Part shown: in pieces, positions 28,717-38,106 of the stretch | Layout of the letters: every line of letters starts with the position of its first letter | Position numbering within the stretch: position 1 is the first letter of the stretch | Assembly (NCBI GenBank): GCA_050015075.1 | Contig: JBEKCB010000006.1 | Coordinates: forward strand, 64,001-128,000 | Direction of reading: 5' to 3' | Length of the DNA stretch: 64,000 nt | From: Candidatus Brocadiia bacterium | GTDB lineage: Bacteria; Planctomycetota; Brocadiia; CAIUPP01 | The notes under the pieces: generated by a model | Told to the model about the DNA's origin: nothing | Databases searched by the model: none | Seen by the model: only the letters and a program-made list of their open reading frames with translations | Program-made: the position numbers and the translations under genes

Positions 28717-29952
28717 ATGAAACGCAACGGCATCCGACGAATCCCCGGCGGCGTCATCGCGGCGAAAGGCTTCCGCTGCGCCGGCGTCCGCTGCGGCATC
28801 AAGACGCGCGCGGGCGTGCCGGACCTTGGCCTGATCCTGAGCGACCGCCCGGCGGCCGCCGCGGCGGTCTTTACGACCAACCGCGTGCAGGCGGCGCCGG
28901 TCCTGTTCGACCGGGAACTCCTGAAACACGGCCCGGTCCGCGGCGTGGTCGTAAATGCCGGGAACGCCAACGCCTGCACCGGCTCGAAAGGCCTCCGCGA
29001 CGCGCGCCGCATGTCGGAGCTGGCCGCCGAATGCGTCCCGCTCCCGCGCGGGAGCGGGGGCCGCTTCCTCGTCGCCAGCACCGGTATCATCGGCGTGCCG
29101 CTCCCGCTCGCCAAGGTCGAATCGGGCATCCGCGACGCCGCGGCGCGCCTCGGCCGGACTCCGGCGCATGCCGACGCCATCGCGCGCGCGATCATGACCA
29201 CCGACCTTGTGCCCAAAGCGGCCGCGGTCGAGGTGCGCGTCGGCGGCAAGCCCGTCCGCATCGGCGGCATCGCCAAAGGCTCCGGGATGCTCGCCCCGAA
29301 CATGGCCACGATGCTCTGCTTCATCACCACCGACTGCGCCATCCGAGCGCCCCTGCTGCGCCGCGCGCTGCGGGAGACGGTCGGAAAAACTTTCAACAGC
29401 ATCACCGTGGACGGCGATTGCAGCACCAACGACACGGTCGCGCTCCTCGCGAGCGCTGCGGCCGGCAATCCGCCGATCGAGCGGCCCGGGCCCGGTTTCC
29501 GCGCTTTTCGGGACGGGCTGCTGGCGGTGGCCGAGGAATTGTCGCAGGCGCTGGTGCGCGACGGCGAAGGCGCATCGCGCTTCGTGGAGATCAGCGTCAC
29601 CGGCGCGCGCTCGGAACCCGAGGCGGCGCGCGTCGCGCGCAGCATCGCCACCAGCCCGCTGGTCAAATGCGCCATCAACGGCGGAGACCCGAACTGGGGA
29701 CGGATCATCTGCGCGGCCGGCTATTCCGGCGCCGCCGTCGAGCCGGAACGGATGCGCCTGTGGATCAACGGGCAGATGCTGTTCCGCAGCGGCATGCCGG
29801 CGGTCGTCGCTCGGGAGAAACTCGTCGCCTGCATGAAGCCGAAGGAAATCGCCATACGCCTCGACCTCGGCCGCGGCCGGCGCCGCGCGCGGGTCTGGAC
29901 GTGCGATCTTTCGAAAGAATACGTCTCCATCAACGCGGATTACCATACCTGA
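28717..29952 (+). CDS. argJ: Glutamate N-acetyltransferase / ornithine acetyltransferase
   Basis: NAGNANACTG, KGSGMLAPNMATML, DGDCSTND and DGEGA. Confidence 0.97.
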   Translation: MKRNGIRRIPGGVIAAKGFRCAGVRCGIKTRAGVPDLGLILSDRPAAAAAVFTTNRVQAAPVLFDRELLKHGPVRGVVVNAGNANACTGSKGLRDARRMSELAAECVPLPRGSGGRFLVASTGIIGVPLPLAKVESGIRDAAARLGRTPAHADAIARAIMTTDLVPKAAAVEVRVGGKPVRIGGIAKGSGMLAPNMATMLCFITTDCAIRAPLLRRALRETVGKTFNSITVDGDCSTNDTVALLASAAAGNPPIERPGPGFRAFRDGLLAVAEELSQALVRDGEGASRFVEISVTGARSEPEAARVARSIATSPLVKCAINGGDPNWGRIICAAGYSGAAVEPERMRLWINGQMLFRSGMPAVVAREKLVACMKPKEIAIRLDLGRGRRRARVWTCDLSKEYVSINADYHT

Positions 29953-30362
29953 TGAAGCCCCTGAACAGCCTGACCAAACGCGACCTGGTCGCCGCGAAGA
30001 AGTTCAACCCGGATGACCTCCGGGCGTACGCGGAGCAGTTCTTCTCCGAGGATCGGTTCGGCGACGCCTTCGAGTTCTATCGCAAGCTCGACGACGAGGA
30101 GGGAATCCTCAAGATCAAGAAGGTGGCGATGGAACTGGGCGATCCGGAACTGCTCTGGCGGGTTGAGCATTACAGGCCGGAGCGCGTGGCGCGCGAGGAC
30201 TGGCTGCGCTGCGGCGAGCAGGCGATGAGCCTGGGCAAGCATCGCTCGGCGGCGTACGTCTTCCGGCGCATCGGAGAAACCGGCCGGCTCGCCGAAGCGG
30301 AAAAGGAGTTCAAGCCGGCCGCAGAAGCGCCTCGACCTCCCGAAGGACCTCCGCCGGCCTGA
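29952..30362 (+). CDS. Hypothetical helical (TPR-like) protein
   Basis: TGATG coupling to argJ; begins MKPLNSLTKRDL with typical codon usage. Confidence 0.7.
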   Translation: MKPLNSLTKRDLVAAKKFNPDDLRAYAEQFFSEDRFGDAFEFYRKLDDEEGILKIKKVAMELGDPELLWRVEHYRPERVAREDWLRCGEQAMSLGKHRSAAYVFRRIGETGRLAEAEKEFKPAAEAPRPPEGPPPA

Positions 30363-31263
30363 GCGTTGTTAGATCGGCGCCCGGCGGCGCGGGCTGAAGC
30401 ACCTTCACCCGCGGCGCGCGCGGCTGCCAGACGGCGGGGTTCGTCCGGCCGAAAATCGCCAGCGTCGGCGTGCGCACCGCCGCGGCCATGTGCGTGATCC
30501 CCGAGTCGTTCCCGATGAACCCCTCGCATCGCTCCAGCGTCGCGGCCAGGCACGGCAGCGGCTCGTTCGATAGAAAGAAAACGCGGTCCTCGCCGAGGCT
30601 GCGCCGCAACTCTCCGGCCATTTTTTCCTCGGCCGGCCCGCTGACGATCAGCGCGTGGCCTCTTCGCTTTGCCCAGTGGCGGGCGACCGCGGCATAATGC
30701 TCCGCCGGCCAGTTCTTTCCCGGCGACCCGCTGCCGGGACTGAGCGCTAGGAGCGGGCGGTCGCCGGCGCCGGTGACGCGCATGTAGCGCTCGGCCCAGA
30801 TGCGGTCGCGCTCGGACGGATAGAGGTGCGGCTCGCGGTGTCGAATCTCAAGGCCCGCCTTTTCGCACTGCCGCGCGATGTGATCCACGACATGCACACC
30901 CTTGCCCTCGACCGGCGTCGGGTCCACGGAGACGACGTTCGGCGAACCGGCGCGGCGGAGGTTCTCGCCGATGACGCCGTCGGCGTCCGGCCAGATGCAG
31001 TACGTCTCGTCGAAGCCGGAGAGGTAACGGCGTTCCGCGTCGCCGAGCCGGCCGCCGGGTGAGAAGAGCGCGGCCCACTCCGCTCCGTCCACGCGCCGGA
31101 GATGCGCCGCATGACGCCGCCCGACCGCAAGCTCGGCGATCCCGGCGTAGCCGAGAACGTCCACCTCGGCGTCCGGGTTGCTCATTTTCAGCGCTTCGAA
31201 GACCGGCAGCGTGAAGATGAAATCGCCGATGGCGCCGCCGCGGATAACCAGGATTCGTTTCAT
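30310..31263 (-). CDS. Glycosyltransferase family 9 (heptosyltransferase-like)
   Basis: MKRILVIRGGAIGD, PGSGSPGKNWP and GNDSGITHMAAA. Confidence 0.93.
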   Translation of the reverse strand: MKRILVIRGGAIGDFIFTLPVFEALKMSNPDAEVDVLGYAGIAELAVGRRHAAHLRRVDGAEWAALFSPGGRLGDAERRYLSGFDETYCIWPDADGVIGENLRRAGSPNVVSVDPTPVEGKGVHVVDHIARQCEKAGLEIRHREPHLYPSERDRIWAERYMRVTGAGDRPLLALSPGSGSPGKNWPAEHYAAVARHWAKRRGHALIVSGPAEEKMAGELRRSLGEDRVFFLSNEPLPCLAATLERCEGFIGNDSGITHMAAAVRTPTLAIFGRTNPAVWQPRAPRVKVLQPAPPGADLTTLRPAEVLREVEALLRPA

Positions 31264-31329
31264 TCGGCTCACTCCTTCGGCGCCTATTTCACGCAATCCG
31301 CCGCCGGCTGTCAAGCGACCGGTTTTTTC

Positions 31330-31358
31330 TTGACTCGGTGCGGGCGCGGTAATAGAAT
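31330..31358 (+). promoter_or_regulatory. sigma70 promoter for the 6S RNA-rarA unit
   Basis: TTGACT-17 nt-TAGAAT. Confidence 0.7.
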
Positions 31359-31396
31359 GAAGCGGTCGGAGCGAGTCGGGTAATCAATTGGGACTT

Positions 31397-31552
31397 GAAG
31401 AACCCGCTGCCCCGTGCGACTCGGAAGAAAACCACGAACCAGATTCTACGTCCTGGGGGCCGAGTCGGCCGCGAGACTCTTGAGCGGCCGCAGGTTTCCA
31501 CCTTTAGAAAAGGGTTTACGGGGCGCTTCCGTCGGCGGGGTGGGGGTTCTTT
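31397..31552 (+). ncRNA. ssrS: Probable 6S RNA
   Basis: Long closing stem (AAGAACCC..GCCCCG..CGAC..CGGAAG pairs with CTTCCGTCGGCGGGGT..GGGTTCTT), A-rich bubble, a CCACCT...AGGGTT element, and a ygfA-like gene downstream. Confidence 0.68.
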
Positions 31553-31603
31553 TTTTGTCGTTTTCGATCCCGAGCGGGCCTCCGTGTTGAGACAGGCGAA
31601 CCG

Positions 31604-32953
31604 ATGACGCTTTTCGAGGACGAGCCCTCATCGCTGGAAATCCCGCCGACGGCGCCGCTGGCGCTGCGCATGCGGCCGCGGACGCTCGATGAGTTCGTCG
31701 GCCAGCAGCATTTCTTCGGCCCGGGCAAGCTCCTGCGGCGGATGCTCGAGGCCGACCGGCTGATGAGCCTGATTTTTTATGGCCCGTCGGGCACCGGGAA
31801 GAGCGCGCTGGCGCACCTGGTCGCGCGCGCGACGCAGGCGCATTGGGAATCGGTCAACGCAGCGACCAGCAACGTGCACGAGGTGCGCGAGGTCATCGCC
31901 GGGGCGCAGCGCCGCATCGCCGGGCGCGGGCGGCGGACGGTGCTCTTCGTGGACGAACTCCACCGCTTCAACCGCGCCCAGCAGGACGTGCTCCTGGCGG
32001 ATGTCGAGAACGGCACCGTCATCCTCATCGCCGCGACGACGCTCAACCCGTTCTTCGCGATCAACTCTCCCCTGCTCTCCCGCTCGCAGATTTTCGAGTT
32101 CAAGCCGCTGACCGAGGAAGAGGTGCAACTCATCCTGCGGCGCGCCGCCGCTGACGAGGAGCGCGGTTTCGGCAAGCTGAACCTCGACCTCCGCGACGAC
32201 GCGGTCGCCTATCTCGCACGGCTGTCCGACGGCGACGCGCGCCGCGCGCTCAACGCGCTCGAAGTGGCCGTGCTCTCCTCGAAGCCCGGCGCGGACGGGC
32301 GGACGGTCGTGGATGCCGCGCTCGCCGCGGAATCCATCCAGCGGAAGGCGCTCGTCTACGATCGCGACGAGGACGAGCATTACGACACGGCGTCGGCGTT
32401 CATCAAGAGCCTGCGCGGATCGGACCCGGACGCGGCGCTCTACTGGCTGGCCAAGATGCTCGAGGGCGGCGAGGACCCGCGCTTCATCGCCCGGCGGATG
32501 GTGATCCTCTCGTCGGAGGACATCGGGAACGCGCAGCCGATGGCGCTGGTGCTCGCGACCTCGGCGATGCAGGCGTGCGAGTTCGTCGGCATGCCGGAGG
32601 CGCAGATCATCCTGGCGCACGCGGCGACGTACCTGGCCTGCTGCCCGAAGAGCAACGCTTCCTACTCGGCGCTGCTGGCGGCGCAGGAAGACGTGCGCGA
32701 AGGCCGCACGCTGCCGGTGCCGCAACCGCTGCGCAGCACCGGTTACAAGGGCGCGGAGCGCCTCGGGCGCGGCACGGGATACAAGTACGCGCACGATTTC
32801 GCGGACCACTGGGTGGACCAGGAATACGTGCCGACGGACAAGGTCTATTACGAGCCGACCGATATCGGCGCCGAGAAGCAGGTCAAGGAGCGGCTGGAGG
32901 AATGGAGAAGAAGGAGGCGCGAAGGCAAGTCGGACAAGCCGTCCGGCGCCTGA
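31604..32953 (+). CDS. rarA: Replication-associated recombination protein A (RarA/MgsA)
   Basis: PLALRMRP, GPSGTGKS, DELHRFN, SAFIKSLRGSDPDA and SEDIGNA. Confidence 0.96.
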   Translation: MTLFEDEPSSLEIPPTAPLALRMRPRTLDEFVGQQHFFGPGKLLRRMLEADRLMSLIFYGPSGTGKSALAHLVARATQAHWESVNAATSNVHEVREVIAGAQRRIAGRGRRTVLFVDELHRFNRAQQDVLLADVENGTVILIAATTLNPFFAINSPLLSRSQIFEFKPLTEEEVQLILRRAAADEERGFGKLNLDLRDDAVAYLARLSDGDARRALNALEVAVLSSKPGADGRTVVDAALAAESIQRKALVYDRDEDEHYDTASAFIKSLRGSDPDAALYWLAKMLEGGEDPRFIARRMVILSSEDIGNAQPMALVLATSAMQACEFVGMPEAQIILAHAATYLACCPKSNASYSALLAAQEDVREGRTLPVPQPLRSTGYKGAERLGRGTGYKYAHDFADHWVDQEYVPTDKVYYEPTDIGAEKQVKERLEEWRRRRREGKSDKPSGA

Positions 32954-33465
32954 CCGCGGCGGAACGCGCGCAGAAATCGGCGGCGATCCGGCTGCGAATG
33001 AACGCCCTGCCGGAACTGCGCCGGGCGCAAGTCGTCATGGGTTTCCTGCCGATGCCGGACGAACTGGACACCCTGCCGATCCTGGCCGACCTGCTGGCGG
33101 CGGGCAAGCGCGTGTACGTCCCGCGCACCTTCGTGCGCGAAAGGCGCATGATCCCCGTCCGCCTGGCCGATCTCGGCAAGATGCGGCAGGGCGAGTACGA
33201 CATCCTCGAACCGGAGACGGAGGAGACGTGCGCCGTTGACGAACTGGACGTCGTCATCGTCCCCGGCCGCGCGTTCGACCGGAAAGGGAACCGGCTAGGA
33301 CGCGGCGCAGGATTCTACGACGAGTTCATGGCGCAGGCGGGCTTCCGGGCGATCCGCTGCGGCGTGGCGTTCGCGTGCCAGGTGCTCGACGAGGTTCCCC
33401 ACACCGAAAACGACCTGCCGGTGGCGATGCTGGTGACGGAGAATGAAACGCTCCGCTGCGGTTAG
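32902..33465 (+). CDS. 5-formyltetrahydrofolate cyclo-ligase
   Basis: IVPGRAFDRKGNRLGRGAGFYD; ATG 32902 lies inside the rarA 3' end. Confidence 0.92.
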   Translation: MEKKEARRQVGQAVRRLTAAERAQKSAAIRLRMNALPELRRAQVVMGFLPMPDELDTLPILADLLAAGKRVYVPRTFVRERRMIPVRLADLGKMRQGEYDILEPETEETCAVDELDVVIVPGRAFDRKGNRLGRGAGFYDEFMAQAGFRAIRCGVAFACQVLDEVPHTENDLPVAMLVTENETLRCG

Positions 33466-33466
33466 T

Positions 33467-33509
33467 GCTTCCTTGCGGAAATTGGCGTCCTATTTCCGCA
33501 AGGAAGCAT
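33467..33509. repeat. Palindrome with 17-bp arms; REP-like or terminator
   Basis: tgcttccttgcggaaat-tggcgtcct-atttccgcaaggaagca. Confidence 0.8.
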
Positions 33510-33558
33510 GACCGCAATTAGCCGCGTCGTTATACCGAGTTATACGTTCCGTTGGGCC

Positions 33559-33604
33559 GTGTTTAGTTGCGTAAATTGGTACGCCAATTTACGCAACTAA
33601 ACAC
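33559..33604. repeat. Perfect palindrome with 21-bp arms; same family as 33467
   Basis: gtgtttagttgcgtaaattgg-tacg-ccaatttacgcaactaaacac. Confidence 0.85.
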
Positions 33605-34101
33605 TAGTGCACCAACGCGTACGTCCACGACGTCTTGAGGTAATCCTCGACGAGGCTGCCGGTGTGGAGCATCCAGGCGCACCGGCCAAGGTGATAGGCG
33701 ATTACAACCCCGCCGGCGACGCAGGCGACGCGCTTCGAGTAAAGGAACGAATAGAAAGCGCATCGTCTCCGCCGCCATAGTTCGCAGATCGAGACCAGCG
33801 GCGCAGCGACGAATAGAAGGAAGAGCGGCAGGCTGAGCGCGTTCTGGCGCAGCGCTTCCACGACGTTCCGCGTCGCGAGCGCGCAGAAAGCCCTCGTCAG
33901 CCCGCACGCGGGACAGGGCAGACCGACGAGCCCATGCAGCGGGCAGACAACCGGGCCGCTGTGGACGTGCGGCGCCCAGACGTAGGACAGAACCAGCGTG
34001 GCGGTGCAGAGGGAAATCACCGCCGCGCGGTTCCGCGTAAATCGGGCGTCCGGCAGTCCGTGTGCTTCGCAGCCCTCAAGGCTTGGCGTCGTAGATCTCA
34101 T
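33604..34101 (-). CDS. DUF2752 family membrane protein
   Basis: CPLHGLVGLPCPACGLTRAF...ALRQN signature; start uncertain. Confidence 0.85.
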   Translation of the reverse strand: MRSTTPSLEGCEAHGLPDARFTRNRAAVISLCTATLVLSYVWAPHVHSGPVVCPLHGLVGLPCPACGLTRAFCALATRNVVEALRQNALSLPLFLLFVAAPLVSICELWRRRRCAFYSFLYSKRVACVAGGVVIAYHLGRCAWMLHTGSLVEDYLKTSWTYALVH

Positions 34102-34438
34102 TGATATGGCTCTGCACGATCATCGCGGCCACCATCGGAACGAAGAGCCCGAGGACCACGAGCAATGTGGATTTATCCTTGAGTTCCTTGCCGGTCAGCT
34201 TCCCAAGGTCCTCAAGGCACTGGCCGCACTGATAGTAGAAGTAAACGTTCACCGGCATGCAGCAACCGGCGATGACTGCGATCACCGGCGAGATTACGGG
34301 CCGGCCCGAAACGGCATTCATCACCTCCGCCGTCTTGATGTTCCAATAAATCAGGTACAGCCCGCACGTGACGAGCCCGAGGATGAGCACCAGGATCGGG
34401 TCTTGACGGTGTACGGGAATGCTGCTCCTCTCGACCAT
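34076..34438 (-). CDS. DUF4234 family membrane protein
   Basis: LILGLVTCGLYLIYW...IVQSHIN; SD AGGAG. Confidence 0.82.
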   Translation of the reverse strand: MVERSSIPVHRQDPILVLILGLVTCGLYLIYWNIKTAEVMNAVSGRPVISPVIAVIAGCCMPVNVYFYYQCGQCLEDLGKLTGKELKDKSTLLVVLGLFVPMVAAMIVQSHINEIYDAKP

Positions 34439-34544
34439 TGCCCTGCTCCTTTCTCTGCCCTGGAGAATGCCCGGCCCTTTTCCTCGCCGCCGCGCGGCCC
34501 ATACTCTTCATATAACGAGTTGATCGCGCGGTGTCAACGCGGCG

Positions 34545-35336
34545 TTACATCCTTCCCGCCCGCAGGAACGACTCGCTGTAGATCTGCTTGTTGAGGAGCA
34601 TCTCGGCGCAGATGGCGGCGTCCATCAGGTCGGTGTCGAGCACGTCCACGATGGCCGCGTCCAGGCCGGCGGCGATGCACATGACGAGCATGATCCGGTT
34701 GATGAGCGGGCGCTCCTGGGTGCCCTGGGAGACGTTGCTCAGGCCGACGATGGTGTGCGGCGGCGGGTCGCTGATGACCTTGATCTGCTGGAAGACCTCC
34801 ATCAGGTAGCCAGGCTGCTTCTGGTCCACGTTGACCGGGAAGATGACCGGGTCAATGAAGATGCGGTCGAACTCGAGGCCGTGCTCGAGCGCTTTGCCGC
34901 AGATCTGGCCGATGGCCTCGACACGGCTGTCCACGTCCTGCAGCGGCCCTTTGTCGGTCATCGTGAGGACGACGAGCGAGGCGCTGTGCTTGACGGCCAG
35001 CGGCATGAACTGGTTCAGGAACACCTCGTCGCATTTGCAGGAGTTGATCATCGGCGGCCGCTTGACCGCGGAGAGACCGGCCTCGAGGACGGGGATTTTC
35101 TGGCTGTCCAGCGCCAGGGGCGTATCGCAGACCTCCTGGACCGCCTGGACCATCCACTTCATCACCGCCGGCTGCTCGTCGGGCCCGACGGCGACGCCGG
35201 TGTTGATGTCCAGGTACTTCGCGCCCTCCTTCGTCTGCCGGATCGCCAGGTCCTGGAGGACGGCCTTGTCCTTGTTCCGGATCGCCTTTTTCACATCCTT
35301 GAACATCCCGTTGATTCGCTCGCCGACTGCGATCAT
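34545..35336 (-). CDS. acsE: Methyltetrahydrofolate:corrinoid iron-sulfur protein methyltransferase
   Basis: GERINGMF, LDIN, LALDS, FIDP and GLSNVSQG pterin-binding fold; acs cluster context. Confidence 0.93.
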   Translation of the reverse strand: MIAVGERINGMFKDVKKAIRNKDKAVLQDLAIRQTKEGAKYLDINTGVAVGPDEQPAVMKWMVQAVQEVCDTPLALDSQKIPVLEAGLSAVKRPPMINSCKCDEVFLNQFMPLAVKHSASLVVLTMTDKGPLQDVDSRVEAIGQICGKALEHGLEFDRIFIDPVIFPVNVDQKQPGYLMEVFQQIKVISDPPPHTIVGLSNVSQGTQERPLINRIMLVMCIAAGLDAAIVDVLDTDLMDAAICAEMLLNKQIYSESFLRAGRM

Positions 35337-35384
35337 TTCTCTTATCCTTTCTCAATACGGAGAACCGTTCCCGCAGGACACATA

Positions 35385-36047
35385 TCAGTTTCTCATCCTG
35401 ATCATCCCCACGCCCATCCTCTGCTCCGCGGCCATGTTCCACATATCGCAAAAGACGTGCGTGTATGCAAATCTGCCGGCGTCGCTGCCGGCCAGGATCG
35501 CATTGAGCGCGTCGCCCGGGCCTCGACTGCCGCATACGTCGTGCAGCAGGACCAGGCCTCCCGGCCGCACGAGCGGGGAATACGTCCGCCAGTCAAACAA
35601 GACGCTCTCGACCGCGTGATCGCCGTCAATGTGCAGCACGTCAACGCGGCGACTTTCCAACGCGCGGTTTACGGGCTCAAAAGCCGCCTGCGATTGGGCG
35701 CGAACCTCTGACACGTCCACGCCCGTGTCGGTGAGCAACTTCCGATAGACCGGCCAGCCGGGCGAGAACGTCGGGTCAACGGCGATGTACTTGAGGGCAG
35801 ACATGCAAAAAGGACGCATCGCGTAGGACCACCCGCCATGCTGAACTCCGATTTCAAGCACCGTGTGAGCGCGCGTTATCCAGACCTCACCGGCGGCTGC
35901 CGCCATCTCGCCGGGCGACTGATTGATCATGTAGCCGACCTCGGACGCCTTCTTGAACGCGTCGTTGATGAGCACTCGCGGCATGAGCAACGACAGCGAG
36001 GCGGATTTCATGCGCGCCCATGACCGCGCACGACCGAAGTCAATCAT
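35385..36047 (-). CDS. Class I SAM-dependent methyltransferase (Methyltransf_24-like)
   Basis: VLEIGVQHGG, LHIDGDH and LVRPGGLVLLHD. Confidence 0.85.
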   Translation of the reverse strand: MIDFGRARSWARMKSASLSLLMPRVLINDAFKKASEVGYMINQSPGEMAAAAGEVWITRAHTVLEIGVQHGGWSYAMRPFCMSALKYIAVDPTFSPGWPVYRKLLTDTGVDVSEVRAQSQAAFEPVNRALESRRVDVLHIDGDHAVESVLFDWRTYSPLVRPGGLVLLHDVCGSRGPGDALNAILAGSDAGRFAYTHVFCDMWNMAAEQRMGVGMIRMRN

Positions 36048-36111
36048 CTGCGATCCTTCAACTCCGCCATTCCTTCTTCGTGCCCTCCACGTCTCCGCGT
36101 TGACCAGGAAC

Positions 36112-37074
36112 TCAAGCCGTGAGATCGTCAATCACGCGCCGCGTTGTCGCGATGGCTTTCGGGTGACGCATGCGGATGATGTCGGCCCCGGCCTGGAGCA
36201 GCGTGACGGCGGTGAGCATTTCCCAGGCCGGCCCGCGCTCCTTCTGCGGCCCCCAGGCGGGCGCATCGGCATCCTCGGCCTTGGCCTCTTTCGCGCGCCA
36301 TGCCTCGTTGCCGGCGTCCACGAGGACCGGCATCCGCATCATCTTGTCGCCGGCCAGCGCCGCGAGACGGCTGCGCTCCTGGATCGAGTAAGCGTATTCC
36401 AGTCCGTAGCCGAGCGCGCCGGTCGTCGGGAACATCACGATTCGATCGGCCGGGAACTCCATGTCGCTGATGAGGATGTGGACCTGCTTCTGGATATTGA
36501 TGTCCAGCGGCGCGAGCGCGATGAGGTTGTGGCCGTCGGCATGGCAGACGGCGGTGATCGTCTTGTAGTTGTCCTGCTTCGCGCAGCCGAGGAGGCAGCG
36601 TTCGCCTTTGACCGCCTGGCTGACCTTGGGCATGAGTTCGTTGTCCTTGGCCTCGTCGTCGCAGCCCCAGATGATCAGCGGGCAGCCGACGGCGTCGCGG
36701 ACGCGCTTCACCACATCCACGGCGTGCTCGACGGGACGATTGCCCTTGTCGGGATGGCAGCCGTCGAGCTTGAGGCAGACGAGGTCGGCGCCGAATTTTC
36801 CGACGGCGGCCTTGGCCCACTCGGCCGGGTCGCGGACGCAGTCGCCGAGCGCCTCGCGCAAAGCCGCCGGCCATTCGGGCGGCGCGACGTCGAGCACGTC
36901 CATGGCGATCACGGGGCGGTGGCCCTGCTTGCCTTCGTACTTGATGTACGGGATGGTTTTCGCCCCGCCCACGGTGATGGTTTTCTCGCGCGTGCCGCCT
37001 TCCGCCTTCGTCGCCCCGAGGACGACCGAAACGACTTCGGCGCTCCACTTCTCTTTCACGTCGGGTACGGGCAT
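36112..37074 (-). CDS. acsD: Corrinoid iron-sulfur protein small (delta) subunit
   Basis: LGAT...GGTR, DINIQKQ, ALGYGLEYAYS, RLAALAGD and MRHP. Confidence 0.95.
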   Translation of the reverse strand: MPVPDVKEKWSAEVVSVVLGATKAEGGTREKTITVGGAKTIPYIKYEGKQGHRPVIAMDVLDVAPPEWPAALREALGDCVRDPAEWAKAAVGKFGADLVCLKLDGCHPDKGNRPVEHAVDVVKRVRDAVGCPLIIWGCDDEAKDNELMPKVSQAVKGERCLLGCAKQDNYKTITAVCHADGHNLIALAPLDINIQKQVHILISDMEFPADRIVMFPTTGALGYGLEYAYSIQERSRLAALAGDKMMRMPVLVDAGNEAWRAKEAKAEDADAPAWGPQKERGPAWEMLTAVTLLQAGADIIRMRHPKAIATTRRVIDDLTA

Positions 37075-37126
37075 GATTTCACCTTTCTCTTTTCGCGGCG
37101 AACGGCCGGGACAACCGGACAGGCCC

Positions 37127-37136
37127 ATTATACAAC
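37127..37136 (-). promoter_or_regulatory. Internal -10 element upstream of acsD
   Basis: Perfect TATAAT about 50 nt upstream of the acsD ATG; weak -35. Confidence 0.45.
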
Positions 37137-37201
37137 TGTTTGCGGGTTATTCCAGCGCCTAACGTAGTATCCAGGAAATCACACACATAAGATTAGCCCG
37201 C

Positions 37202-37287
37202 GTCATGCTGAGCGCAGCGAAGCATCTCATATCTTAGCCCATTGCCAGCGCGCAGTGTATGAGATTCCTCGCTCCGCTCGGAATGAC
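37202..37287. repeat. REP-like imperfect inverted repeat inside the acs cluster
   Basis: gtcatgctgagcgcagcgaagcatctcata ... tatgagattcctcgctccgctcggaatgac. Confidence 0.8.
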
Positions 37288-37321
37288 CGCGCATTACGAA
37301 ACTTATTCCTGAAGCACCGCT

Positions 37322-38080
37322 CTAGGGAACCCGCGTGTCGAGAAACTTACTCAGTTGCTGAAGCGCCTCCGACGAGTCGGGCAGATCGAAGACCGGCTTG
37401 CCGGCCGCGCACGCCTGATACAGGCCGCGGTCGTACGGCACTTCCAGCGCCACGTTGAAGCCGGCGTCGCGCATCGCGGCCCGGAAATCGGCCGCGTCCG
37501 CGCCCGGGACGATGTTGTTCAGCAGCACTTCCTTGCGCTTGACTCGGATCGGGAGCGAGTCCGCCAGTTTCATGATCCGCCCGACGGTGCGCGCGCCCTG
37601 CCGCGTGGCATCGGAGACGACGAACAGCTCGTCCACGTTGTTCGTCGTCCTGCGCGAGAGATGCTCCATGCCCGCCTCGTTGTCAATGACGACGATCGGG
37701 TATTCCTTCGTCGCCTCGTCGAGGTACTTGCGCAGGAGGTTGTTGACATAGCAGTAGCACTTCGGGCCTTCAGGCCGGCCCATCGTCAGCAGATCGAATT
37801 TGTTGCCTTCGACCAGGCAGCTCTGGATCAGGAGTTCGAGGTGCCGCTCCTTGGACATTCCGGCCGAAAGCTGGAGCCGGTCCTCGCGCGTGTCCTCGCG
37901 GATGTCCGCCAGGGTATGCTCCGGCGAGATGCCGAGCGCCTCGCCCAGGCCGCTGTTCGGATCCGCGTCCACCGCCAGCACCGCTTTGCCGCGCGCGTGG
38001 CTCAGGTGCCGCACCATCAGCGCCGCCAGCGTGGTCTTGCCCATGCCGCCTTTGCCTGAAAGCGCAATGACAAATCCCAT
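37322..38080 (-). CDS. cooC2: CooC/AcsF-type nickel-insertion ATPase
   Basis: SGKGGMGKTT, DADPN, CYC metal motif and DNEAGMEHLSR. Confidence 0.9.
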   Translation of the reverse strand: MGFVIALSGKGGMGKTTLAALMVRHLSHARGKAVLAVDADPNSGLGEALGISPEHTLADIREDTREDRLQLSAGMSKERHLELLIQSCLVEGNKFDLLTMGRPEGPKCYCYVNNLLRKYLDEATKEYPIVVIDNEAGMEHLSRRTTNNVDELFVVSDATRQGARTVGRIMKLADSLPIRVKRKEVLLNNIVPGADAADFRAAMRDAGFNVALEVPYDRGLYQACAAGKPVFDLPDSSEALQQLSKFLDTRVP

Positions 38081-38106
38081 AACACGTTACTCCGCAACGG
38101 GTTCCG

